Of a DNA stretch of 64,000 bases, positions 13,046-25,498 are shown in pieces. The stretch is from Anthoceros angustus (Eukaryota > Plantae > Anthocerotophyta), in the NCBI GenBank assembly GCA_010909165.1, contig VJWM01000068.1:744001-808000 (forward strand), read 5' to 3'. The translations under genes were made by a program, and so were the position numbers. How positions within the stretch are numbered: the first letter of the stretch is position 1; the number at the start of each line of letters is the position of its first letter. The notes under the pieces are model-generated. The model was not told where the DNA came from, did not search any database, and saw only the letters and a list, made by a program, of their open reading frames with translations.

Positions 13046-15451
13046 CTACAAGTTGTAACAAATGAACATTAATAATTTCAAATATAATCACATAATTTAG
13101 TTTTAACATAATTCTCAAATCATTCAATGTTAAATCCATCTATATTAGAAACAAAAATAGAAGTAAAATAATATAACACACCTTTTATCTTTGGGTCTAA
13201 AACTAACCTTAAAAATAGAATTGACTTGATGTACTTAACGATTGATAACACACCAAAAATCTCAAAATGGAATAAACACGATGGATCTCTTTCCACACAT
13301 ATATAGAGTTAAACATGCATAATGTATCGATAATAAACTTTTAAGCTCGAATAGTCTTTGTGAGAATTTCACTCTACATATAATTAAAGTGTAAAATGTA
13401 ATATTTTTATATATTTTATAATGAATTAAATATGCGAGATGGAAGTCTCGTCTACACTAGGGTGACGGGAATAACCCTCTAGTGGGAGCAACCCTCTAGA
13501 GGAGAGGGCCAGGCCAAGGGGAGTAGGCCCCCTCAATGTCTACTCTCAAGCTACCCTACTAGAAATCCTTGTCCATGTTACACTTTTTGTTAAGATTTGG
13601 ACCCTGGATGTTACACTTGTATTGCAATTTTGGGTCTATATAGCACTTATTCAGCCCCTTGTTACAAGAGGTTTGGAATATCGAGGATATTACTCCCTTC
13701 AAATGCAATGAAGAGGACCACATGCTCCTGTTTCCTAAGATACAAGATTTTACAAGCACCAACATAGTCGACCATGACAATTCCCACACCACAATGATTT
13801 GGACCCTGGATGTTACACTTATGTTGCAATTTTAGGTCCATATTACAATGAGGTTTAAGGTTTTTCCCTTTGCGGATCGGTCTTTGGGATGGGGTGCGTA
13901 TCTTGAGTCACTTTAATTATAATTTTGAGCCTACTTGAAGCCTTTGGAGCATGCTTGCGGGCATAGGGCATGTCCGTGTCACTCACGGCTCAGCCTTATC
14001 CCTCACTTTTGGAGGAGGAGGAGGAGGAGTCTTTGTCCATCATGTTATTTACCCTTACATTTTATTAGTGTTTGGTAAGACTAAGGGATAGAATGACTAC
14101 ATGGTGTGTGCGAATAAGTTAAATAAATTGAAATCAAAGAAAGGGTACAGTTATGAGGATGGAGTGAGATGAGAGATAGACTCGTGTTGGTCATGTTGCA
14201 ATAATGGTGTGGGAAAAATTATTTAACCCATGTATAGGTGACTTGGAGTAACTTTATTCAATACAACAAGATAGGATTCTCTAGAACTAAATGATATGAA
14301 ATTGCGAAATTGGGTTGGAGACTATATTAAATAAGTAGAGATAGGGTGAGCCCATATACCATAAGACACCCTAACCCCGGAATGGCCGACTTACTCAAAT
14401 CGAGACTTTGAGGTCGGTTTCGAGCTCGACAAAAATATGGGACCCCAATGAATTAAGCATGCCATAGAGTTAGATCCGCTTTCTCACCTCTAGATCTACA
14501 AAGCGAAAAGATTGGACCATAACAACATTTAGAATCTCGATATGAATGTGGAAGCGGTGGTGGCAAGCTCGGGGCTCTCGGCATTTCTCTTGCGCGCGAT
14601 GATCGCTGGCATATGCTCCCCTCTCTATGGTAATTCTCCTTGCATTGACAAAGAGAAATGCAGATGCAGCGTCTTGGTGGAGTGGGAAGCGAATGGAGTC
14701 GCCGTGTGGGTGTGATGTCCTTGTTTTGTGGTATATGGAGGCTTGGACAGGGAGGCGATGGTAAAACGTTTGCATTCACCGTCTCAATTTTATGAAGGAT
14801 TTGCCGTTCATCATGCCTCAAATTTGTCCAGTTGAGTGTCTCATGCGAAATTTGGTGAGGATGATCGCGACTATGATATGGAATGGCATGTCGATGCCAT
14901 GGAACTTTCTGACACTAAGCGACCGCACTCTCTTAAATATGTAGAAGCTTGCCTCCCATTGCAAGATGGTGTGGGCTATATGCAAAGGGAAGGCTGGGCT
15001 ATCTTGTAAAGGATATGCGCCAAGGAGATGTAAGCAGTACACACACCATTGGAAAGCCCGTCGTTCGTTGCATGAGGCGGTGCCATTTTTCCATATTTCG
15101 TGTGCACCGGTGAGAGCATGAAAAATGGAGTGAGGCCCGGAATTAGCGGAAAAATAGGCCAGCGGACCCCGGTCATTCGGGGTTAAAGTGTCCCTTAGGG
15201 TCACAACGAGAAAGAGCAACTAAGATTTATCCGGGTGACTTGGCCCTACATTCAAGCGAGGTTGTCCGTAGCTACGGGGTTGGCATTCGTGGGGGCTAGC
15301 CCCGGCTCTTGGCCCTTCTTGGGTTATCCCACCTCGGTTCGGGGTTGATGGGTTTCCATCTCTTCTTTTAATAAAGTCTCCATTGAGCCATTTTAGTTAT
15401 CCTCGATGGATTGGGATTGTGCGAAATGGTGCTGCTCCGCCGGCGGTTTAA

Positions 15452-17396
15452 GGCCGTCGCCACTATATAAGATAGTGGTTGCAAGTTTTCTTGCAGCTTT
15501 TGCCAAGGCCTATTGAATATGGCATGGTGTGAGCTCCTTTTCTACTTATGTGGTATTTTATAAGAGTTTTGGAGGAGTTATTTTTAATACAACAGCAAGT
15601 ACAAAGGAGGCTTCTGAGGACACTTCTTCACACACGATAGGGAGGCCTTTTCATATTCTTAGCTTTGTATCTTTTATTTTTCAGCTTCGTGTTGGTTATT
15701 GGGCCATGCATAATCTGCGTCACATTGTATTTTCTCATTATTTGAAGTCTTCTTGTATCTTTGTGGTAGGTTTCAATGAAGAAGCTTGTAGTGGTTATTG
15801 GCGGTTTCATCTACGTAACTATGAAAAGTTAGTTTTCACTTGCAGTATTAAAATACTAATTGGTGTTGATGAAGAGTGGTGTTAAATCATACTTTTGGGT
15901 TAGTGTGTCTACTCGTTTTGACAAGAAATCAAAACCCAATAAGTTAATGTTTCAAAGAAGGTCGGTCTGCGTATGAAGGAGGTGAGCAAGGTCATCATCC
16001 ATTTGATGTCCTTTCTTCCCTCATCCTATGAAAGCTATTTCCTCTTCTCCATGTTCAAGTGCAAGGAATTGTACAATCGCCCTTGAAGGTTGAGCTTAGG
16101 CATCCTCGTGAGACAGCGTACTCTTATTTTCGGTACAAAGGAGGACATCTATTTTTAAGTCGTATATATGTGTTTTGATATAACAAAACTTACCACTAAA
16201 AACAAGAAAGTAAGAGAAGTGAAGTAAAATTTTACAACACACCATTTTACTATCGTCTAACACAAATATTTAAAAAAAAAGCACACTTGAGCGAAACACT
16301 TTTGCTTTGAAAATTTATTAAGTTGCTACTTCTACATGCACCTTAACAACTTAATATATGAATCTTTTAATGAGATCTACTAGTTATTATTGACATCATT
16401 TTTCAATCGAACTAAAACCCTTGCGGCCGTCGCCACTATATAAGATAGTGGTTGCAAGTTTTCTTGCAGCTTTTGCCAAGGCCTATTGAATATGGCATGG
16501 TGTGAGCTCCTTTTCTACTTATGTGGTATTTTATAAGAGTTTTGGAGGAGTTATTTTTAATACAACAGCAAGTACAAAGGAGGCTCGAGGACACTTCTTC
16601 ACACGATAGGGAGGCCTTTTCATATTCTTAGCTTTGTATCTTTTATTTTTCAGCTTCGTGTTGGTTATTGGGCCATGCATAATCTGCGTCACATTGTATC
16701 TTCTCATTATTTGAAGTCTTCTTGTATCTTTGTGGTAGGTTTCAATGAAGAAGCTTGTAGTGGTTATTGGCGGTTTCATCTACGTAACTATGAAAAGTTA
16801 GTTTTCACTTGCAGTATTAAAATACTAATTGGTGTTGATGAAGAGTGGTGTTAAATCATACTTTTGGGTTAGTGTGTCTACTCGTTTTGACAAGAAATCA
16901 AAACCCAATAAGTTAATGTTTCAAAGAAGGTCGGTCTGCGTATGAAGGAGGTGAGCAAGGTCATCATCCATTTGATGTCCTTTCTTCCCTCATCCTATAT
17001 GAAAGCTATTTCCTCTTCTCCATGTTCAAGTGCAAGGAATTGTACAATCTGCCCTTGAAGGTTGAGCTTAGGCATCCTCGTAGGGCAACGACTCTTATTT
17101 TGGTACAAAGGAGGACATCTATTTTTAAGTCGTATATATGTGTTTTGATATAACAAAACTTACCACTAAAAACAAGAAAGTAAGAAGTGAAGTAAAATTT
17201 TACAACACACCATTTTACTATCGTCTAACACAAATATTTAAAAAAAAAGCACACTTGAGCGAAACACTTTTGCTTTGAAAATTTATTAAGTTGCTACTTC
17301 TACATGCACCTTAACAACTTAATATATGAATCTTTTAATGAGATCTACTAGTTATTATTGACATCATTTTTCAATCGAACTAAAACCCTTGCGGCC
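15452..17396 (+). repeat. ~970-bp internal tandem duplication within one array unit
   Basis: At 16425 the sequence jumps from 'aaacccttgcggcc' (normally followed by acgttag) back to 'ggcc|gtcgccactatataag'. GGCC occurs at 15452, 16425 and 17393, which explains the 5177-bp period. Confidence 0.95.
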
Positions 17397-17760
17397 ACGT
17401 TAGTGCTCATTTGATCTCGATCGTTGTGACCAAGCTTTAGCAAAGAAGACCTTCCACAACTTCTTTCTCTAGCTCGGATAGAAAGGTCTCATTCCGGGTC
17501 CAATTGGGCCACAAGCTTCCTCACTCTGTGTTTTGAACTTGTACTGCGAAAATTGATTGATGCATTGTCAAATGCGCTTACATATTTTTATTGCATCTTA
17601 TTAACGCGTCTACCAACACAATGCAAATACTAAGATGTTACCGCCATGCTAGTAGATATTGGGAGTGGCGATATATCATTGTGAGAAGAATCATTCCGAC
17701 TGTTCTTCTTTTGTTTGGTACCTTAGAGTGTAATCCAAACCCTTCAAACCCACGATGCAT

Positions 17761-18202
17761 ATACTTGCATTTAAGGCTACAATAAGTCTTCACGCTTTTG
17801 CATCCGCCCGATCCAATACCATAGTGACTTGTCATGGTCATACGTTGGTGCTTGCAAAATCTTGTAACTTGGGAGGCAGGAGCATGTGGTCCTTTTCATT
17901 GCATTTGAAGGAGTAATATCCTCGATGGAGATAGGCGATGAAAGACTACGAATCTCAAGTCCAAACACCATAAGCGTCGATTAACTTTTCGAATAGTCAA
18001 AACCTCATGCCCGCATGTGAATCTTAGAACATTGAATGCAAAATGGTGCACCGCATTCAATACAAAATTTATTGCACGACTTCTCCATGTGAGGATGCAA
18101 CGTGCACTTCACATGATACTCATGCTCAAGAAAATGGGTAACCAATCGTGGCCAAATAGGCTTTGTGTTCACAGTCTTGGGTGCATCTCTTCCAACAAAT
18201 AG
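17761..18202 (-). CDS. PLATZ-domain protein, array copy 5 (apparent frameshifts)
   Basis: ORF 17777..17971 has EIRSLSSPISIEDITP; ORF 17638..17841 has KTYCSLKCK. DNA is collinear with the other copies. Confidence 0.7.
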
Positions 18203-21200
18203 CTACAAGTTGTAACAAATGAACATTAATAATTTCAAATATAATCACATAATTTAGTTTTAACATAATTCTCAAATCATTCAATGTTAAATCCATCTAT
18301 ATTAGAAACAAAAATAGAAGTAAAATAATATAACACACCTTTTATCTTTGGGTCTAAAACTAACCTTAAAAATAGAATTGACTTGATGTACTTACTTGCG
18401 ATTGATAACACACCAAAAATCTCAAAATGGAATAAACATGATGGATCTCTTTCCACATATATAGAGTTAAACATGCATAATGTTTCGATAATAAACTTTT
18501 AAGCTCGAATAGTCTTTGTGAGAATTTCACTCTACATATAATTAAAGTGTAAAATGTAATATTTTTATATATTTTATAATGAATTAAATATGCAGAGATG
18601 GAAGTCTAAATCTACACTAGGGTGAGGAATAACCCTCTAGTGGGAGCAACCCTCTAGAGGGAGAGGGCCTGAGCCAAGGGGAGTAGGCCCCCTCAATGTC
18701 TACTCTCAAGCTACCCTACTAGAAATCCTTGTCCATGTTACACTTTTGTTAAGATTTGGACCCTGGATGTTACACTTGTATTGCAATTTTGGGTCTATAT
18801 AGCACTTATTCAGCCCCTTGTTACAAGAGGTTTGGAATATCGAGGATATTACTCCCTTCAAATGCAATGAAGAGGACCACATGCTCTGCTTCCTAAGATA
18901 CAAGATTTTACAAGCACCAACATAGTCGACCATGACAATTCCCACACCACAATGATTTGGACCCTGGATGTTACACTTATGTTGCAATTTTAGGTCCATA
19001 TTACAATGAGGTTTAAGGTTTTCCCTTTGCCGGATCGGTCTTTGGGATGGGGTGCGTATCTTGAGTCACTTTAATTATAATTTTGAGCCTACTTGAAGCC
19101 TTTGGAGCATGCTTGCGGGCATAGGGCATGTCCGTGTCACTCACGGGCTCAGCCTTATCCCTCACTTTTGGAGGAGGAGGAGGAGGAGGAGTCTTTGTCC
19201 ATCATGTTATTTACCCTTACATTTTATTAGTGTTTGGTAAGACTAAGGGATAGAATGACTACATGGTGTGTGCGAATAAGTTAAATAAATTGAAATCAAA
19301 GAAAGTGCAGTTATGAGGATGGAGTGAGATGAGAGAGATAGACTCAGTGTTACGGTCATGTTGCAATAATGGTGTGGGAAAAATTATTTAACCCATGTAT
19401 AGGTGACTTGGAGTAACTTTATTCAATACAACAAGATAGGATTCTCTAGAACTAAATGATATGAAATTGCGAAAATTGGTTTGGAGACTATATTAAATAA
19501 GTAGAGATAGGGTGAGCCCATATACCATAAGACACCCTAACCCCAGTGGCCGACTTACTCAAATCGAGACTTTGAGGTCGGTTTCGAGCTCGACAAAAAT
19601 ATGGGACCCCAATGAATTAAGCATGCCATAGAGTTAGATCCGCTTTACATTCCGCACCTCTAGATCTACAAAGCGAGAAAAGATTGGACCATAACAACAT
19701 TTAGAATCTCGATATGAATGTGGAAGCGGTGGTGGCAAGCTCGGGGCTCTCGGCATTTCTCTTCTTGTGATGATCGCTGGCATATGCTCCCCTCTCTATG
19801 GTAATTCTCCTTGCATTGACAAGAGAAATGCAGATGCAGTGTGCGTGGTGGAGTGGGAAGCGAATGGAGTGCGTGTGGGTGATGTCCTTGTTTTGTGGTA
19901 TATGGAGGCTTGGACGGGGAGGCGTTATGGTGCAAACGTTTGCATTCACCGTCTCAATTTTATGAAGGATTTGCCGTTCATCATGCCTCAAATTTGTCCA
20001 GTTGAGTGTCTCATGCGAAATTTGGTGAGGATGATCGCGACTATGATAGTCGGAATGGCATGTCGATGCCATGGAACTTTGCGACACTCGCTTGGCGAGA
20101 CCGCACTCTCTTAAATATGTAGAAGCTTGCCTCCCATTGCAAGATGGCTGGGCTATATGCAAAGGGAAGGCTGGGCTATCTTGTAAAGGATATCGCCAAG
20201 GAGATGTAAGCAGTACACACACCATTGGAAAGCCCGTCGTTCGTTGCATGAGGCGGTGCCATTTTTCCATATTTCGTGTGCACCGGTGAGAGCATGAAAA
20301 ATGGAGTGAGGCGGAATTAGCGGAAAAATAGGCCAGCAGACCCGGTCATTCAGGGTTAAAGTGTCCCTTAGGGTCACAACGAGAAAGAGCAACTAAGATT
20401 TATCCGGGGTGACTTGGCCCTACATTCCAAGCGAGGTTGTCCGTAGCTACGGGGTTGGCATTCGTGGGGCTAGCCCACGGCTCTTGGCCCTTCTTGGGTT
20501 ATCCCACCTCGGTTCGGGGTTGATGGGTTTCCCATCTCTTCTTTTTAATAAAGTCTCCATTGAGCCATTTTAGTTATCCTCGATGGATTGGGATTGTGCG
20601 AAATGGTGCTGCTCTGTCGGCGGTTTTTCTGGCCGTCGCCACTATATAAGATAGTGGTTGCAAGTTTTCTTGCAGCTTTTGCCAAGGCCTATTGAATATG
20701 GCATGGTGTGAGCTCCTTTTCTACTTATGTGGTATTTTATAAGAGTTTTGGAGGAGTTATTTTTAATACAACAGCAAGTACAAAGGAGGCTTCGAGGACA
20801 CTTCTTCACACACGATAGGGAGGCCTTTTCATATTCTTAGCTTTGTATCTTTTATTTTCAGCTTCGTGTTGGTTATTGGGCCATGCATAATCTGCGTCAC
20901 ATTGTATCTTCTCATTATTTGAAGTCTTCTTGTATCTTTGTGGTAGGTTTCAATGAAGAAGCTTGTAGTGGTTGTTGGCGGTTTCATCTACGTAACTATG
21001 AAAAGTTAGTTTTCACTTGCAGTATTAAAATACTAATTGGTGTTGATGAAGAGTGGTGTTAAATCATACTTTTGGGTTAGTGTGTCTACTCGTTTTGACA
21101 AGAAATCAAAACCCAATAAGTTAATGTTTCAAAGAAGGTCGTCTGCGTATGAAGGAGGTGAGCAAGGTCATCATCCATTTGATGTCCTTTCTTCCCTCAT

Positions 21201-21960
21201 CCTATATAAAGCTATTTCCTCTTCTCCATGTTCAAGTGCAAGGAACTGATCGCCTTGAAGGTTGAGCTTAGGCATCCTCGTAGGGCAACGTACTCTTATT
21301 TTGGTACAAGGAGGACATCTATTTTTAAGTCGTATATATGTGTTTTGATATAACAAAACTTACCACTAAAAACAAGAAAGTAAGAGAAGTGAAGTAAAAT
21401 TTTACAACACACCATTTTACTATCGATCTAACACAAATATTTAAAAAAAAAAAGCACACTTGAGCGAAACACTTTTGCTTTGAAAATTTATTAAGTTGCT
21501 ACTTCTACATGCACCTTAACAACAATATATGAATCTTTTTAATGAGATCTACTAGTTATTATTGACATCATTTTCAATCGAACTAAAACCCTTGCGGCCA
21601 CGTTAGTGCTCATTTGATCTCGATCGTTGTGACCAAGCTTTAGCAAAGAAGACCTTCCACAACTTCTTTCTCTAGCTCGGATAGAAAGGTCTCATTCCGG
21701 GTCCAATTGGGCCACAAGCTTCCTCACTCTGTGTTTTGAACTTGTACTGCGAAAATTGATTGATGCATTGTCAAATGCGCTTACATATTTTTATTGCATC
21801 TTATTAACGTCTACCAACACAATGCAAATACTAAGATGTTACGCCATGCTAGTAGATATTGGGAGTGGCGATATATCATTGTGAGAAGAATCATTCCGAC
21901 TGTTCTTCTTTTGTTTGGTACCTTAGAGTGTAATCCAAACCCTTCAAACCCACGATGCAT

Positions 21961-22401
21961 ATACTTGCATTTAAGGCTACAATAAGTCTTCACGCTTTTG
22001 CATCCGCCCGATCCAATACCATAGTGACTTGTCATGGTGCTCGTTGGTGCTTGCAAAATCTTGTAACTTGGGAGGCAGGAGCATGTGGTCCTTTTCATTG
22101 CATTTGAAGGAGTAATATCCTCGATGGAGATAGGCGATGAAAGACTACGAATCAAGTCCAAACACCATAGCGTCGATTAACTTTTCGAATAGTCAAAACC
22201 TCATGCCCGCATGTGAATCTTAGAACATTGAATGCAAAATGGTGCACCCTGCATTCAATACAAAATTTATTGCACCGACTTCTCCATGTGAGGATGCAGC
22301 GTGCACTTCACATGATACTCATGCTCAAGAAAATGGGTAACCAATCGGTGGCAAATAGGCTTTGTGTTCACAGTCTTGGGTGCATCTCTTCCAACAAATA
22401 G
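21961..22401 (-). CDS. PLATZ-domain protein, array copy 6 (apparent frameshifts)
   Basis: ORF 21811..22161 has IRSLSSPISIEDITP...KTYCSLKCK. DNA is collinear with the other copies. Confidence 0.7.
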
Positions 22402-24810
22402 CTACAAGTTGTAACAAATGAACATTAATAATTTCAAATATAATCACATAATTTAGTTTTAACATAATTCTCAAATCATTCAATGTTAAATCCATCTATA
22501 TTAGAAACAAAATAGAAGTAAAATAATATAACACACCTTTTATCTTTGGGTCTAAAACTAACCTTAAAAATAGAATTGACTTGATGTACTTACTTGCGAT
22601 TGATAACACACCAAAAATCTCAAAATGGAATAAACATGATGGATCTCTTTCCACACATATATAGAGTTAAACATGCATAATGTTTCGATAATAAACTTTT
22701 AAGCTCGAATAGTCTTTGTGAGAATTTCACTCTACATATAATTAAAGTGTAAAATGTAATATTTTATATATTTTATAATGAATTAAATATGCAGAGATGG
22801 AAGTCTAAATCTACACTAGGGTGACGGGAATAACCCTCTAGTGGGAGCAACCCTCTAGAGGGAGAGGGCCAGCCAAGGGGAGTAGGCCCCTCAATGTCTA
22901 CTCTCAAGCTACCCTACTAGAAATCCTTGTCCATGTTACACTTTTGTTAAGATTTGGACCCTGGATGTTACACTTGTATTGCAATTTTGGGTCTATATAG
23001 CACTTATTCAGCCCCTTGTTACAAGAGGTTTGGAATATCGAGGATATTACTCCCTTCAAATGCAATGAAGAGGACCACATGCTCCTGTTCCTAAGATACA
23101 AGATTTTACAAGCACCAACATAGTCGACCATGACAATTCCCACCACAATGATTTGGACCCGGATGTTACACTTATGTTGCAATTTTAGGTCCATATTACA
23201 ATGAGGTTTAAGGTTTTTCCCTTTGCGGATCGGTCTTTGGGATGGGGTGCGTATCTTGAGTCACTTTAATTATAATTTTGAGCCTACTTGAAGCAACCTT
23301 TGGAGCATGCTTGCGGGCATAGGGCATGTCCGTGTCACTCACGGGCTCAGCCTTATCCTCACTTTTGGAGGAGGAGGAGGAGGAGGAGTCTTTGTCCATC
23401 ATGTTATTTACCCTTACATTTTATTAGTGTTTGGTAAGACTAAGGGATAGAATGACTACATGGTGTGTGCGAATAAGTTAAATAAATTGAAATCAAAGAA
23501 AGTGCAGTTATGAGGATGGAGTGAGATGAGAGATAGACTCTGTTACGTCATGTTGCAATAATGGTGTGGGAAAAATTATTTAACCCATGTATAGGTGACT
23601 TGGAGTAACTTTATTCAATACAACAAGATAGGATTCTCTAGAACTAAATGATATGAAATTGCGAAAATTGGGTTGGAGACTATATTAAATAAGTAGAGAT
23701 AGGGTGAGCCCATATACCATAAGACACCCTAACCCCAGAATGGCCGACTTACTCAAATCGAGACTTTGAGGTCGGTTTCCGAGCTCTGACAAAAATATGG
23801 GACCCCAATGAATTAAGCATGCCATAGAGTTAGATCCGCTTTCTGTTCCGCACCTCTAGATCTACAAAGCAGAAAAGATTGGACCATAACAACATTTAGA
23901 ATCTCGATATGAATGTGGAAGCAGCTGGTGGCAAGCTCAGGGCTCTCAGCATTTCTCTTGCGCGCGATGATCGCCTGGCATATGCTCCCCTCTCTCTATG
24001 GTAATTCTCCTTGCATTGACAAAGAGAAAGTACGGGTACGGCGTGCCGTGGTGGAGTGGGAAGCAGAATGGAGTGCGCCGTGTGGGTGACAGTGTCCTTG
24101 TTTTGTGGTATATGGAGGCTTGGACAGGGAGGCAGTATGGTACGAAACGTTTGCATTCACCGTCTCAATTTTATGAAGGATTTGCCGTTCATCATGCCTC
24201 AAATTTGTCCAGGTTGAGTGTCTCATGCCGAAAATTGGTGAGGATGATCGCCTGACTATGATAGCTGGAATGGCATGTCGATGCCATGGAACTTTGCAGC
24301 ACTCGCTTCGGCAGAGACCGCACTCTCTTAAATATGTAGAAGCTTGCCTCCCATTGCAAGATGGCTGTGGGCTATATGCAAGGAAGGCTGTGGGCTATGC
24401 GCAAAGGATATGCGCCAAGGAGATGTAAGCAGTACACACACCATTGGAAAGCCCGTCGTTCGTTGCATGAGGCAGGTGCCATTTTTCCATATTTCGTGTG
24501 CACCAGGTGAGAGCATGAAAAATGGAGTGAGGCCAGGAATTAGCGGAAAAATAGGCCAGCAGACCCCGGTCATTCTGGGGTTAAAGTGTCCCTTAGGGTC
24601 ACAACGAGAAAGAGCAACTAAGATTTATCCGGCCGGTGACTTGACGGCCCTACATTCCAACTGAGGTTGTCCGTAGCTACGGGGTTGGCATTCGTGGGGC
24701 TAGCCCCCTGGCTCTTGGCCCTTTACTGGGTTATCCCACCTCGGTTCGGGGTTGATGGGTTTCCCATCTCTTCTTTTTAATAAAGTCTCCATTGAGCCAT
24801 TTTAGTTATC

Positions 24811-25490
24811 GCCTTTGTCCTAAGGATTCGTACATACCTGCACGACGCACAGAAAGTTCGCGGAATTCGGAAATGCAACGGCTCCTTCTTGCGTCCAAAC
24901 TGTAGAGTCGAAGCGCTGCTTGGAACATCCTGCAATTAGAGCACTCCACGTTACCACATATCTATGATGAAGAACCATCAAGCAAGTTCTGAGCTTTCTC
25001 TAAGCTGCCACACTTTGCACCCAATCACACTGTTGGCTATGAACACATCACCTCGATGTCCTTGTTCTTGTATTTCCAGATGAGTGTGCTTCCTGTTCTC
25101 CGACGCTGGGGTACCCGGACTTGGACATGCCTGCAAGAGGCACAAATATGTCACTGAAATCTCGTAAAGCCATGGCTTCTTTCATATGATTCCATACACG
25201 AAGCTTTTCTAGGCCCAACCCTAGCCAAGACATCAACATGTACCAGTTTTCAAGTCTGATCCACTGCTGAAGCCGTGAACATTACCACAAATACATAGCC
25301 ATCGAGCTTCTCACCTGGCCTGTACGTCCGATGTTGCAGTACCACGTATGGACTGCTTGTCCTGTGTTTAACGTGCACAGGAATCATGGAAGACACATGT
25401 AGGCATCTGGAGTGGCAAAGAGGGTGAACACATCTGTCTGGTTGTGGTCACCGTGGTTGGGCATCCGCTGACGCCACGGTCCACACACAC
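24811..25490 (-). pseudogene. Decayed PLS-class PPR paralog of the adjacent gene, truncated by the array
   Basis: Broken frames SSMIPVHVKH...GEKLDGYVFV, VTYLCLLQACPSPGTPASENRKHTHLEIQEQGHRGDVFIAN, AKCGSLEKAQ, VVTWSALIAG, FPNSANFLCVVQVC are collinear with motifs of 25499..28273. Confidence 0.85.
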
Positions 25491-25498
25491 CCTTGCCA

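Larger units (their letters stand above)
1..24810. repeat. Head-to-tail tandem array (macrosatellite) of a ~4.2-kb unit, ~5.7 units, open at the left window edge
   Basis: Landmark 'ccattgagccattttagttatc' ends at 2872, 7062, 11217, 15401, 20578 and 24810 (periods 4190, 4155, 4184, 5177, 4232). Unique sequence starts at 24811. Confidence 0.98.

Noticed and set aside
343-24664. The many 60-190-aa ORFs in the track across the array (+ strand and GC-rich segment)
   Set aside because: They start and stop differently in each near-identical copy and show no recognisable motifs. Only the PLATZ frames and the poly-Ser frame are coherent.
1-24810. rDNA, 5S, tRNA or snRNA identity for the 4.2-kb tandem unit
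   Set aside because: No recognisable 18S/5.8S/26S, 5S, U-snRNA or tRNA sequence on either strand.
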